Source of the DNA: Candidatus Gottesmanbacteria bacterium
Lineage (GTDB): Bacteria; Patescibacteriota; Microgenomatia; UBA10105; UBA927
Reading direction: 5' to 3'
NCBI GenBank assembly: GCA_023245355.1
Contig: JAHFKN010000006.1
Location: 454 to 64,453, forward strand
DNA: 64,000 nucleotides
Numbering within the stretch: the stretch's first letter is position 1; every line of letters begins with the position of its first letter. Shown here piece after piece: positions 19,538 to 27,525 of the stretch. The translations under genes were made by a program, and so were the position numbers. The notes under the pieces are model-generated. The model ran no database searches, was not told where the DNA came from, and saw nothing but the letters and a program-made list of their open reading frames with translations.

Positions 19538-22264
19538 TCACTTCTTGTGCTGAGGCGCATTGATCAGTCCGCACTTTTTGTATTTGAGCCCTGACCCGCA
19601 CGGACACGGATCGTTGCGACCGATTTTTGCTGCGGCTGACACCTTGGGTTCACGACTTACTGCATTGCCCGACGCATTTGTCTGCATGCGTTTTGCTGCC
19701 GCTGCTATCGGAGATTCCAATGGTTTGACCGGCACCGGCGCCCGGTTTTGCCCTGCCTGCTGCTGATTGGGGGCTAACTGAATCTGCACTTTGAATATCC
19801 GGTGCGCTATATCCGTGTCTATCCCCGAAAGCAGCTGTTCGAACATGGAAAACGCTTCGTTTTTGTATTCGACGAGCGGGTCACGCTGCCCGTATCCGCG
19901 GAGTCCGATACCCTCGCGCAGATCATCGATGGCATCCAGATGATCCATCCAGAGATTATCGATAACCTGAAGACTCACCCACCGTTCTACCTGCCGCATC
20001 ACTTCTTCCGTCACCTGTTTTTCTTTTTGGGTATATACGTCGGATGAAATCTTTGTCAGAAAATCCGTAATGTCGGAAGCCGTATGGAGTTGTTCCAGCT
20101 GTACCAGCAGCTGTTGCTGACTGGCAGGATCAAACGGGATGATGGTCACGAATTCCGCGACAATTTTCTGGCGGTCGATCGTACCCGGGTCTGCCGCATA
20201 TACGGTAACAAAATTGGCTATTTCGTTGCCGAGTTTTTTAAGAATCGTTTCTTTTTGGCTTTCTCCCTCCAGAATTTTCCGGCGTCTCCGGTATACGATC
20301 TCACGGTGTTTATTGAGTACATCGTCATAATCCACAAGATGCTTCCGGTTATCGAAATGGAATCCTTCTACTTTTACCTGCGCTTGTTCCAGTGCACGGG
20401 ATACCATGGGGTGCTCAAGCGGCACGTCTTCGGGAAGTTTAAATACATCCATGAGTTTAGCGACCTGATCGCCGCCGAAAAGCCGCATGATGTCATCTTC
20501 CAAAGATACATAAAACCGGCTTGCCCCGGGATCGCCCTGCCGCCCGCTCCGTCCCCGGAGTTGATTATCTATGCGCCGGGATTCATGGCGTTCCGTACCG
20601 ATGACGTAGAGCCCTCCGACATTCAACACCGCTTCGTGGCTCTTTTTCCATTTGGCTATGTCTTTTTCCCATACGCTTTCATTCTCGTATTCCCATTTTT
20701 CTTTTTTGGGTCCGCCCAAAATGATGTCGACGCCGCGGCCTGCCATGTTGGTTGCTACCGTCACCGCTCCCAACTCTCCCGCTTTGGAAATAATCATGGC
20801 TTCCCGCAGATGATTTTTGGCATTTAATACTTCATGGGGAATTCCTTTGCGTTTGAGCGCTTCACTGATCACTTCGTTTTTATCTATGGATGTCGTTCCG
20901 ACCAATACCGGCTGGCCGCTCTTATGATGCTCGATGATGTCGTTAACGATGGCCGCATACTTGGCTCTGGTCGTTTTATATACCATGTCGGGATAATCGG
21001 CGCGCACCTGCGACCTGTGCGTCGGCATCACGACAACATCGAGATTATAAATTTTCTTAAACTCCTCGGCTTCCGTCGCCGCCGTACCGGTCATACCGGC
21101 CAGTTTCTCGTACATACGGAAATAATTCTGAAGTGATACGGTGGCAAGCGTTTTGCTTTCCTGCTGGATCGCGACCCCTTCTTTGGCTTCTATGGCCTGA
21201 TGGATTCCCTCGCTGAACCGGCGCCCGGTAAGCAGACGTCCGGTAAATTCATCGACAATGACAACCTGACCGTCTTTTACGATATATTCTTTTTCGCGGT
21301 GAAACAGCGCGCGCGCTTTGAGCGCCGCTTCCAGATGATGCACTGTCTCGAAACTGGTTTCGTAAATATTCCCGAGCCCCAGCATTTTTTCAATTTTTAA
21401 AATACCGTGGTCGGTCAGATGCGCGGTGCGGAGTTTCTCGTCGATCACGTAATCCGTTTCTCCGGTCAGTTTATCGACTAATTTGGCATAATCGTAATAT
21501 TTGCTGGTCGCTTCTTCCGCCGGAGCGGAGATAATGTGCGGGGTCCGCGCCTCGTCTATCAGAATGGAATCGACTTCGTCGATAATGGCGAAATGATAAT
21601 CCCGCTGTACCAGAAGCGACATATCACTGACCATGTTGTCCCGGAGATAATCAAACCCGAATTCCGAATTGATGCCGTAGGTTATATCAGCAAGATACGC
21701 TTCTTTTCGGCTGACGGGTTTGAGGTGCTGCAGCCGCCAGTCGTTTGCAGTCGGGTCATTAAACTGCGGGTCATACAGAAACGACTGTTCACTGATCATT
21801 GCCGAAACGGTAAGCCCCAACTCATGGTAAATAGGCCCCATCCAGCCGGCATCGCGGCGCGCCAGATAATCGTTGACGGTGACTAAATGCGCTCCTCTGC
21901 CGGTTAAAGCGTTGAGGTACAGCGCCGGGGTAGCAGACAGCGTTTTTCCCTCTCCGGTTTTCTGTTCTGCGACCTTTCCCTGATGCAGAACGATAGCCGC
22001 CATAAGCTGCACGTCATAGTGCCGTTCGCCGATCGTGCGGTTGGCTGCTTCGCGGACGACCGCGTAGGCCTCCGGCAGCAAATCGTCGAGCGTCTGGCCG
22101 CTTTTGAGGCGTTCTTTGAATTCTGCGGTTTTTTTGGTAAATCCTCCGGCCTTTATCTTGTGGGCTTCGGGCTCCAATGAGTTGATGCGTTCTACTAACG
22201 CCCGCATTCTGTTGATTTCTTTTTCGTTGCTGTCGAGCAGCTTACCGAGGAACTTGAACATCAT
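19538..22264 (-). CDS. secA: Preprotein translocase ATPase SecA
   Basis: 908 aa with the SecA DEAD motor domains and a C-terminal zinc-binding tail (CPCGSGLKYKKC). Confidence 0.95.
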   Translation of the reverse strand: MMFKFLGKLLDSNEKEINRMRALVERINSLEPEAHKIKAGGFTKKTAEFKERLKSGQTLDDLLPEAYAVVREAANRTIGERHYDVQLMAAIVLHQGKVAEQKTGEGKTLSATPALYLNALTGRGAHLVTVNDYLARRDAGWMGPIYHELGLTVSAMISEQSFLYDPQFNDPTANDWRLQHLKPVSRKEAYLADITYGINSEFGFDYLRDNMVSDMSLLVQRDYHFAIIDEVDSILIDEARTPHIISAPAEEATSKYYDYAKLVDKLTGETDYVIDEKLRTAHLTDHGILKIEKMLGLGNIYETSFETVHHLEAALKARALFHREKEYIVKDGQVVIVDEFTGRLLTGRRFSEGIHQAIEAKEGVAIQQESKTLATVSLQNYFRMYEKLAGMTGTAATEAEEFKKIYNLDVVVMPTHRSQVRADYPDMVYKTTRAKYAAIVNDIIEHHKSGQPVLVGTTSIDKNEVISEALKRKGIPHEVLNAKNHLREAMIISKAGELGAVTVATNMAGRGVDIILGGPKKEKWEYENESVWEKDIAKWKKSHEAVLNVGGLYVIGTERHESRRIDNQLRGRSGRQGDPGASRFYVSLEDDIMRLFGGDQVAKLMDVFKLPEDVPLEHPMVSRALEQAQVKVEGFHFDNRKHLVDYDDVLNKHREIVYRRRRKILEGESQKETILKKLGNEIANFVTVYAADPGTIDRQKIVAEFVTIIPFDPASQQQLLVQLEQLHTASDITDFLTKISSDVYTQKEKQVTEEVMRQVERWVSLQVIDNLWMDHLDAIDDLREGIGLRGYGQRDPLVEYKNEAFSMFEQLLSGIDTDIAHRIFKVQIQLAPNQQQAGQNRAPVPVKPLESPIAAAAKRMQTNASGNAVSREPKVSAAAKIGRNDPCPCGSGLKYKKCGLINAPQHKK

Positions 22265-22287
22265 CTCATTTTAGCACAAATCAGGCA

Positions 22288-22929
22288 CTATTGAGCGAGG
22301 AAAAACCTGTTGTTATAGATGTCGTCCGATACTACTTTTTTGTACATCGACTGCAGTAACGACAGCAGCGTAACGGCGCGGGTTTCATACCCCGGCTGCC
22401 GCAAATAATTGATCAGCACAAATCCTTTCGGAGTCAGTATTTTTTTTACATTTCGCTGGAAAAGCGAAGACAAAACAAACTCAGGTACGTCCGGACCGAT
22501 AAATACATCTATGACCACACAATCAAATGTACCTGCAGGCGTGCGGGCCACATAACGCCCGGCATCACTTCGCACGGCGCGAAACCCCGGGATGGCACCC
22601 AGACCGAAATACGTTTTGCCGATACCGATAATCACCGGATCGATATCTACCCCTGTTATGACGGCCTCAGGATACAGCACATGCAGCATATGAATGACCG
22701 TTCCTCCGGCAATACCCAACACAAGGATGTTGCCCGTTTTTTTATCGGGAGTCAGCCTGAACGAGCGGAATGCATGCCGCCATAACGCGGCGATGTACTC
22801 TCCCGATTCCCGGGCTCCGTTACACAGCAGCTTTAACTTTCCCGATTCCTCGAGTATCCGTATGTCTTTGTTATACGGCGATGACGTCTGAAAAATCGTA
22901 ACCGGGATGAAATATGAGAGCCAATGCAT
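22288..22929 (-). CDS. Spermidine synthase-like (PABS-fold) SAM-dependent transferase
   Basis: Gly-rich motif ILVLGIAGG and a VDIDP...FDCVVIDVF pattern, as in aminopropyltransferases. It lacks the N-terminal tetramerisation domain. Confidence 0.5.
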   Translation of the reverse strand: MHWLSYFIPVTIFQTSSPYNKDIRILEESGKLKLLCNGARESGEYIAALWRHAFRSFRLTPDKKTGNILVLGIAGGTVIHMLHVLYPEAVITGVDIDPVIIGIGKTYFGLGAIPGFRAVRSDAGRYVARTPAGTFDCVVIDVFIGPDVPEFVLSSLFQRNVKKILTPKGFVLINYLRQPGYETRAVTLLSLLQSMYKKVVSDDIYNNRFFLAQ

Positions 22930-22981
22930 ATGCAGATTGTGACAAACCTCATTTTATTATACGCACGGTTAGAATATAATC

Positions 22982-24193
22982 ATGCAATTGTCTGCTATGA
23001 AATTATCAGAACACAACGAGAAAATATTTTATATCTCCGAATTCTTTAACGGGCTCATTTTCCACATGCCCGTGTGGGTTGCGTTTGAACTCCAGTATCT
23101 GACTCTTGCGCAAATCGCAATCATAGAAGCCATACTCCAGGCGTCGCAGCTGCTAAGCGAACTGCCGACCGGGGCGGTAGCGGACTTGTTGGGCAAGCGT
23201 GCCTCCGTCATCATCGGCCGGCTTATCGGCGTTGTCGCGCTCCTTATGTACGCGTCCTCCGGTACGTTTACCGGATTTATCATATACGCCATCGTGGCAG
23301 GATTTGGGGATTCGTTCGTATCGGGGGCCAAAGATGCGCTGCTGTACGATTCGTTAAAGCACGACCATCGTGAAGGCCATTACCAAAAAGTCATGTCCAA
23401 AGTATCGCTTATATTCCAGCTGTCGTTTGCGGGAGCAATTCTGGCAGGAGGAGTGTTAAGTTTGTGGGGCTATACGGCGGCTATCTATGCGACTGCCATC
23501 GCCTATGCTTTCGCGCTCATGTTGAGCTTCTGGTTTCAGGAGCCTCCCCTGGATACCGAAAAATTTACGCTGCCCCGGTATCTGCGGCAATTCAAAGAAG
23601 GATTCCGTGAACTGTTTAAATCCCCCTATGTTCGGGACATATCGCTTTTTTATATCGGCGTCGGAGGTGTCACCTGGTCTGCGATGATGATCTACAACAC
23701 ATCGCTTCTTACGACCATCGGGTACACGGCGTTCCAGATAGGCATAATCGTTGCCGTTATCAGGCTTCTAAACAGCGGTGTACTCTTCGGCGCGCTGCAT
23801 CTTAAAACCATCATCACCAAACGGCGCGCGTATCTTTTGTTTCCCGTCATCATGATTCTCTGTTATCTGCCAGGCGCATTACTCACCAAAGAACTCGCCG
23901 TCCTTGCGGTAGCAGGATCCATATTCGCATCCAGCGCACGCTGGGTGATTTTGGGAAGCTACGTCAACGAGCACTACGAATCGAAAAACAGGGCAACCGC
24001 ACTTTCTACATTATCCATGCTGGTATCTCTTGCCGTGGTAGGATTTGCACTCATCTCCAGTCCGGTTATGCAGCTGTTCGGAGGAGTAAAAGCGATGTTT
24101 ACGCTTCTGGGTATCGTATCGGCACTCCTGGTGCTTCCGCTCGGACTCCGGATCCGTACGCGCTATCATGCAAAAGCCGTCAGCGCGAAATAA
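22982..24193 (+). CDS. MFS transporter
   Basis: 12-TM hydropathy profile and an MFS-like GxLaDrxGkR loop (VADLLGKRAS). Confidence 0.75.
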   Translation: MQLSAMKLSEHNEKIFYISEFFNGLIFHMPVWVAFELQYLTLAQIAIIEAILQASQLLSELPTGAVADLLGKRASVIIGRLIGVVALLMYASSGTFTGFIIYAIVAGFGDSFVSGAKDALLYDSLKHDHREGHYQKVMSKVSLIFQLSFAGAILAGGVLSLWGYTAAIYATAIAYAFALMLSFWFQEPPLDTEKFTLPRYLRQFKEGFRELFKSPYVRDISLFYIGVGGVTWSAMMIYNTSLLTTIGYTAFQIGIIVAVIRLLNSGVLFGALHLKTIITKRRAYLLFPVIMILCYLPGALLTKELAVLAVAGSIFASSARWVILGSYVNEHYESKNRATALSTLSMLVSLAVVGFALISSPVMQLFGGVKAMFTLLGIVSALLVLPLGLRIRTRYHAKAVSAK

Positions 24194-25424
24194 CGTTCTT
24201 CCCCATCAGCGGCCGGAGCACATCAGGAATCAAAATCGTGCCGTCTGCCTGCTGGTAATTTTCCAGAATCGCAACCAGTATCCGCGGACTGGCTACCGCC
24301 GTGTTGTTCAGCGTGTGGCAAAACTTCACCGCTCCGTCTTTTGCTTTGTACCGGAGTTTAAGCCGGCGCGCCTGAAAATCCCCCATGAACGAATCGGACA
24401 TGGTCTCTCCGTAAGCATTCCGGCCCGGCATCCAGGTTTCGATATCGTATTTTTTCACCTGCGGCTCTCCCATATCGCCGGTACACATAAGCAGCACCCG
24501 GTACGGAAGTTTGAGGTCCTGCAAAATACCCTCTGAATTCGCCAACAACTCCTCATGTAGAGTAAGAGAATTGTTCGTTTCCGCAGTTGAGATAATTACT
24601 TGTTCAATCTTATTGAATTGGTGCAGCCGGTAAACCCCTCTCGTATCTTTGCCGTAACTTCCCGCTTCCCGGCGGAAACACGGGGAAAACGCGACAAACT
24701 TTTTCGGCAGATCTTTTTCCGAAAGCATCTCGTCACTGTAGTATGCCGTCACCGGAACTTCTGCCGTACCCGACAGATACACGTCATCTTTGGGCAACGC
24801 GTATACTTCTTCCCTGCCCCACGGAAATTGCCCGACGCCGAAAAACGCAAATTCTTTGGCTAAACTCGGCGCGATAAGCGGCGTATAGCCTTTGCCCGAC
24901 AGTTTCATGAGCGTATAGAACATGAGGGCGACCTCAAGCTGAGCTGCTTCGTTTTTCAGAAAATACGCGCGCGATCCGCCGACTTTGGCACCCCGTTCAA
25001 AGTCGATAAGATCCAGGCTCTTTGCCAGATCAATATGATCTTTGGGAGCAAAATCAAATTTTGTAGGTTCTCCCCATTTTTTCACCTCGACGTTCCCTGT
25101 CTCATCTTTGCCTACCGGCACACTTGCATCCGGCACATTCGGAATAGTAAGCATAGCCGCCGCAAATTGTTCTTCTGCCTGACGGAGATTCTCATCAATA
25201 GCTTTCAGTTCATCTTTGATCGCTTTCCCACGGGCGACACCCTCATCCGTACGGGTACGGCTGACTTCGTTTCGCTCCGCCCGGAGCACTTCTGCTTTGC
25301 CGATAAGTTCCCGCCGTTTTTCATCGAGTGTAAGCAGCGCGTCCCAGTCGACCACGCGGTTTTTGTTTACAGCTGCTTGTTTACACAACTCCAGATTTTC
25401 CCGAATAAATTTAATATCTAACAT
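24180..25424 (-). CDS. serS: Seryl-tRNA synthetase
   Basis: N-terminal coiled-coil arm (MLDIKFIRENLE) and class II motifs (FRRE, GTAVASPRILVAILEN). Confidence 0.95.
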   Translation of the reverse strand: MLDIKFIRENLELCKQAAVNKNRVVDWDALLTLDEKRRELIGKAEVLRAERNEVSRTRTDEGVARGKAIKDELKAIDENLRQAEEQFAAAMLTIPNVPDASVPVGKDETGNVEVKKWGEPTKFDFAPKDHIDLAKSLDLIDFERGAKVGGSRAYFLKNEAAQLEVALMFYTLMKLSGKGYTPLIAPSLAKEFAFFGVGQFPWGREEVYALPKDDVYLSGTAEVPVTAYYSDEMLSEKDLPKKFVAFSPCFRREAGSYGKDTRGVYRLHQFNKIEQVIISTAETNNSLTLHEELLANSEGILQDLKLPYRVLLMCTGDMGEPQVKKYDIETWMPGRNAYGETMSDSFMGDFQARRLKLRYKAKDGAVKFCHTLNNTAVASPRILVAILENYQQADGTILIPDVLRPLMGKNVISR

Positions 25425-25439
25425 GAGTTTAGAATACGG

Positions 25440-26087
25440 CTAAAGTGCATGGTTTGCAAGGTTAGCCTGTAAGCCCTCCAAATGATTTGTATTATTTACT
25501 TCACTCACTTTTACTGCTCCGTCGGTTATGTTCAGCTTCGTAATGGCTGCAGGTTGCAGCTCCATATTCCAGAGCATATCCTGCTCTATACCCAACATAT
25601 CGGTAAGCAGCGCACGGACAATATTATCATGGGTTACGACCGCCGTGGTTCCGCGAATTGTCGGCAGCAGTTCTTTCCACCACCGCAATGCACGTTCCCG
25701 CGTTTCCGCGTACGTTTCTCCACCAGGAAAAGCGGCTTTCGACGGCTGTGTTTGCCACGTGCGGTATTCCTCCGGCCATAGCTTCGCAATCACATGAACG
25801 TTTTTTCCTTCCCACGCTCCGTGATTTGTCTCGATAATGTCCGGATCTATTTCTACCGTCAGTCCGTCGTGCCATTTGGCGATAGCGTCTGCCGTATCAC
25901 GCGTGCGCTTCAGGGGACTTGCGATGATGCGGTCAATCGGTTTTTCCGCAAGAAAAGCTCCAAGTGCGTTCACTTGTTTTTCTCCCAGCGCCGACAGCTT
26001 GGTATCATAGGTTTGTCCCTGATATATTCCCTGCGTATTGGCCACGGATTCCCCGTGCCTGATAAGATACACAACGTTTTCGACCAT
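25440..26087 (-). CDS. Histidine phosphatase family protein (phosphoglycerate mutase-like); candidate phosphoserine phosphatase
   Basis: RHGES catalytic motif (VYLIRHGESVANTQG). The start is ATG at 26087, preceded by a GGAGGTG RBS. It is co-transcribed with serS behind a T-box-like leader. Confidence 0.75.
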   Translation of the reverse strand: MVENVVYLIRHGESVANTQGIYQGQTYDTKLSALGEKQVNALGAFLAEKPIDRIIASPLKRTRDTADAIAKWHDGLTVEIDPDIIETNHGAWEGKNVHVIAKLWPEEYRTWQTQPSKAAFPGGETYAETRERALRWWKELLPTIRGTTAVVTHDNIVRALLTDMLGIEQDMLWNMELQPAAITKLNITDGAVKVSEVNNTNHLEGLQANLANHAL

Positions 26088-26300
26088 AAAAAAACACCTC
26101 CTTTCTTTTGAAAAGACGAGGTGTTCTCGTGGTGCCACTTTTCTTTGTTATATTGTTGCCAATATAATCTTTTGTACTTCTCCGCCATTGTGACGACAAA
26201 GTACGTATTCTGTAACGGGAATTCCCGTACTGCCTTCGATACTCCTGATGTAGTACTTTCGGTAGTCGGCTTTACCGAGGGAAAGTTCGGTATATAACGC
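26088..26300 (-). promoter_or_regulatory. T-box riboswitch-like leader with an antiterminator and an intrinsic terminator that masks the RBS
   Basis: On the minus strand the leader reads AAAAG-UGGCACC-ACGAG-AACAC-CUCGU-CUUUU. This is the canonical helix A1 / 7-nt UGGNACC bulge / helix A2 antiterminator, with N=C complementary to a G73 discriminator. It overlaps a terminator (AACACCUC ... GAGGUGUU followed by UUUUUAUG). About 170 nt of structured leader lie upstream. Confidence 0.55.
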
Positions 26301-26341
26301 CTTTATTTATTTGTTAACTCCCGTATTGTACGCAAATGGTT

Positions 26342-26959
26342 TTAGCGTGTCAACATCGCCTGCAATGCCGGGATGATTTTTTCTACCGCTTTTTTGCGGT
26401 GATTGTACGCTTCGTTCTCTTCTTTGGTCATCGCGCTCTGGTCGTAGTATTTATTGAGTTCCGGGATAAACAGGATGGCCCGGTACGGAAACCCCGGCTG
26501 ATGCGCTGCTGCGGGTTCAGGGGCGACGATACCGCGGATTTTTTCTTCCGACGTGGCAACCAGCGACCCATTGGAATCGACGAGAGATAACACAAGATGC
26601 AGTTGGGCGCCGCGTTTGTCTTCCGGGATTCCCTGCATCCGTTTAAATGTGTATGCAATCAGTTCCTCATCGGTATTTTCCCGGTCTCCGTATACCCAGC
26701 GGTGGGATTTGACCCCCGGCTCCCCACCCAGCGCGTCGATTTCAAACCCGCCGTCGTCGGCAAGCGTCGGCAATCCGGATTTCTTTGCGTAATACGCGGC
26801 TTTGAGAATCGCGTTCTCCTCGAACGTCTTCCCGGTTTCCTCGACCGTATCCGTGATACCGGCATCGGAAAGGCTGACCAATTCAATCGGGATACCTGAG
26901 AGAAATTCACGGAGTTCAGAGAGTTTCCCGGGGTTCGTGGTTGCGATAAGAAGTTTCAT
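26342..26959 (-). CDS. rdgB: Non-canonical purine NTP pyrophosphatase (RdgB/HAM1, ITPase)
   Basis: N-terminal motif MKLLIATTNPGKLSE and HAM1-family length. Confidence 0.85.
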   Translation of the reverse strand: MKLLIATTNPGKLSELREFLSGIPIELVSLSDAGITDTVEETGKTFEENAILKAAYYAKKSGLPTLADDGGFEIDALGGEPGVKSHRWVYGDRENTDEELIAYTFKRMQGIPEDKRGAQLHLVLSLVDSNGSLVATSEEKIRGIVAPEPAAAHQPGFPYRAILFIPELNKYYDQSAMTKEENEAYNHRKKAVEKIIPALQAMLTR

Positions 26960-27525
26960 TACAGTCCGATCTCTTCATGATGCGCCTGCATGGCAGTAAG
27001 CGTAAGCGCGATAAATTCAGCAAGCGGGATACGGAGTTTTTCCTCGCATTGGGCAATCTGACCACGCTCAACCGCTGCGGCAAATGCTTTCTGGTTCCAT
27101 TTTTTCATCACCGCCTCGGGAGTTACTGCCGCAAGCGACTTTTCCGGACGGACCAATGCGACAGCGACGATAAATCCCGTCAGTTCATCGACCGTCTCCA
27201 GCGCCCACTCCATGTCTCCATCAAGCTCTGCAAGCTTCGTGCGTTTCCTATTATGAGACATGAGTGCATGCACTACCGGTCCTTCTGTCTCCCCCATATC
27301 TTTGAGCCAGGAAAGCGAATGTTTCGTATGCTCATCCGGCGTGTCTTTGGTTTCTTCCCAGTCCGCATCATGGAGTAACCCCAGCGTTTCCCATGTATCA
27401 GGATCCCCGCCGAGTTTAGAAGCGAGAGCCCGCATGGCAAATCCTACGGCATACATATGCCGCCGGAGATTCTGGTTTTTGGTGTGCGCGTGGAGTAAAT
27501 CAGTCGCTTGCTGTTTCGTGATCAT
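26959..27525 (-). CDS. HD domain phosphohydrolase
   Basis: H...HD motif (LLHDADWEE) and a YfbR-like size. Overlaps neighbouring genes in an operon. Confidence 0.6.
   Translation of the reverse strand: MITKQQATDLLHAHTKNQNLRRHMYAVGFAMRALASKLGGDPDTWETLGLLHDADWEETKDTPDEHTKHSLSWLKDMGETEGPVVHALMSHNRKRTKLAELDGDMEWALETVDELTGFIVAVALVRPEKSLAAVTPEAVMKKWNQKAFAAAVERGQIAQCEEKLRIPLAEFIALTLTAMQAHHEEIGL

Noticed and set aside
26126-26341. Alternative reading of the serS-operon leader as a known small-molecule riboswitch (TPP, cobalamin, SAM, purine).
   Set aside because: None of the hallmark conserved boxes (TPP CUGAGA / ACCUGAUC..., B12 box, and so on) are present. The UGGNACC bulge antiterminator fits a T-box far better.
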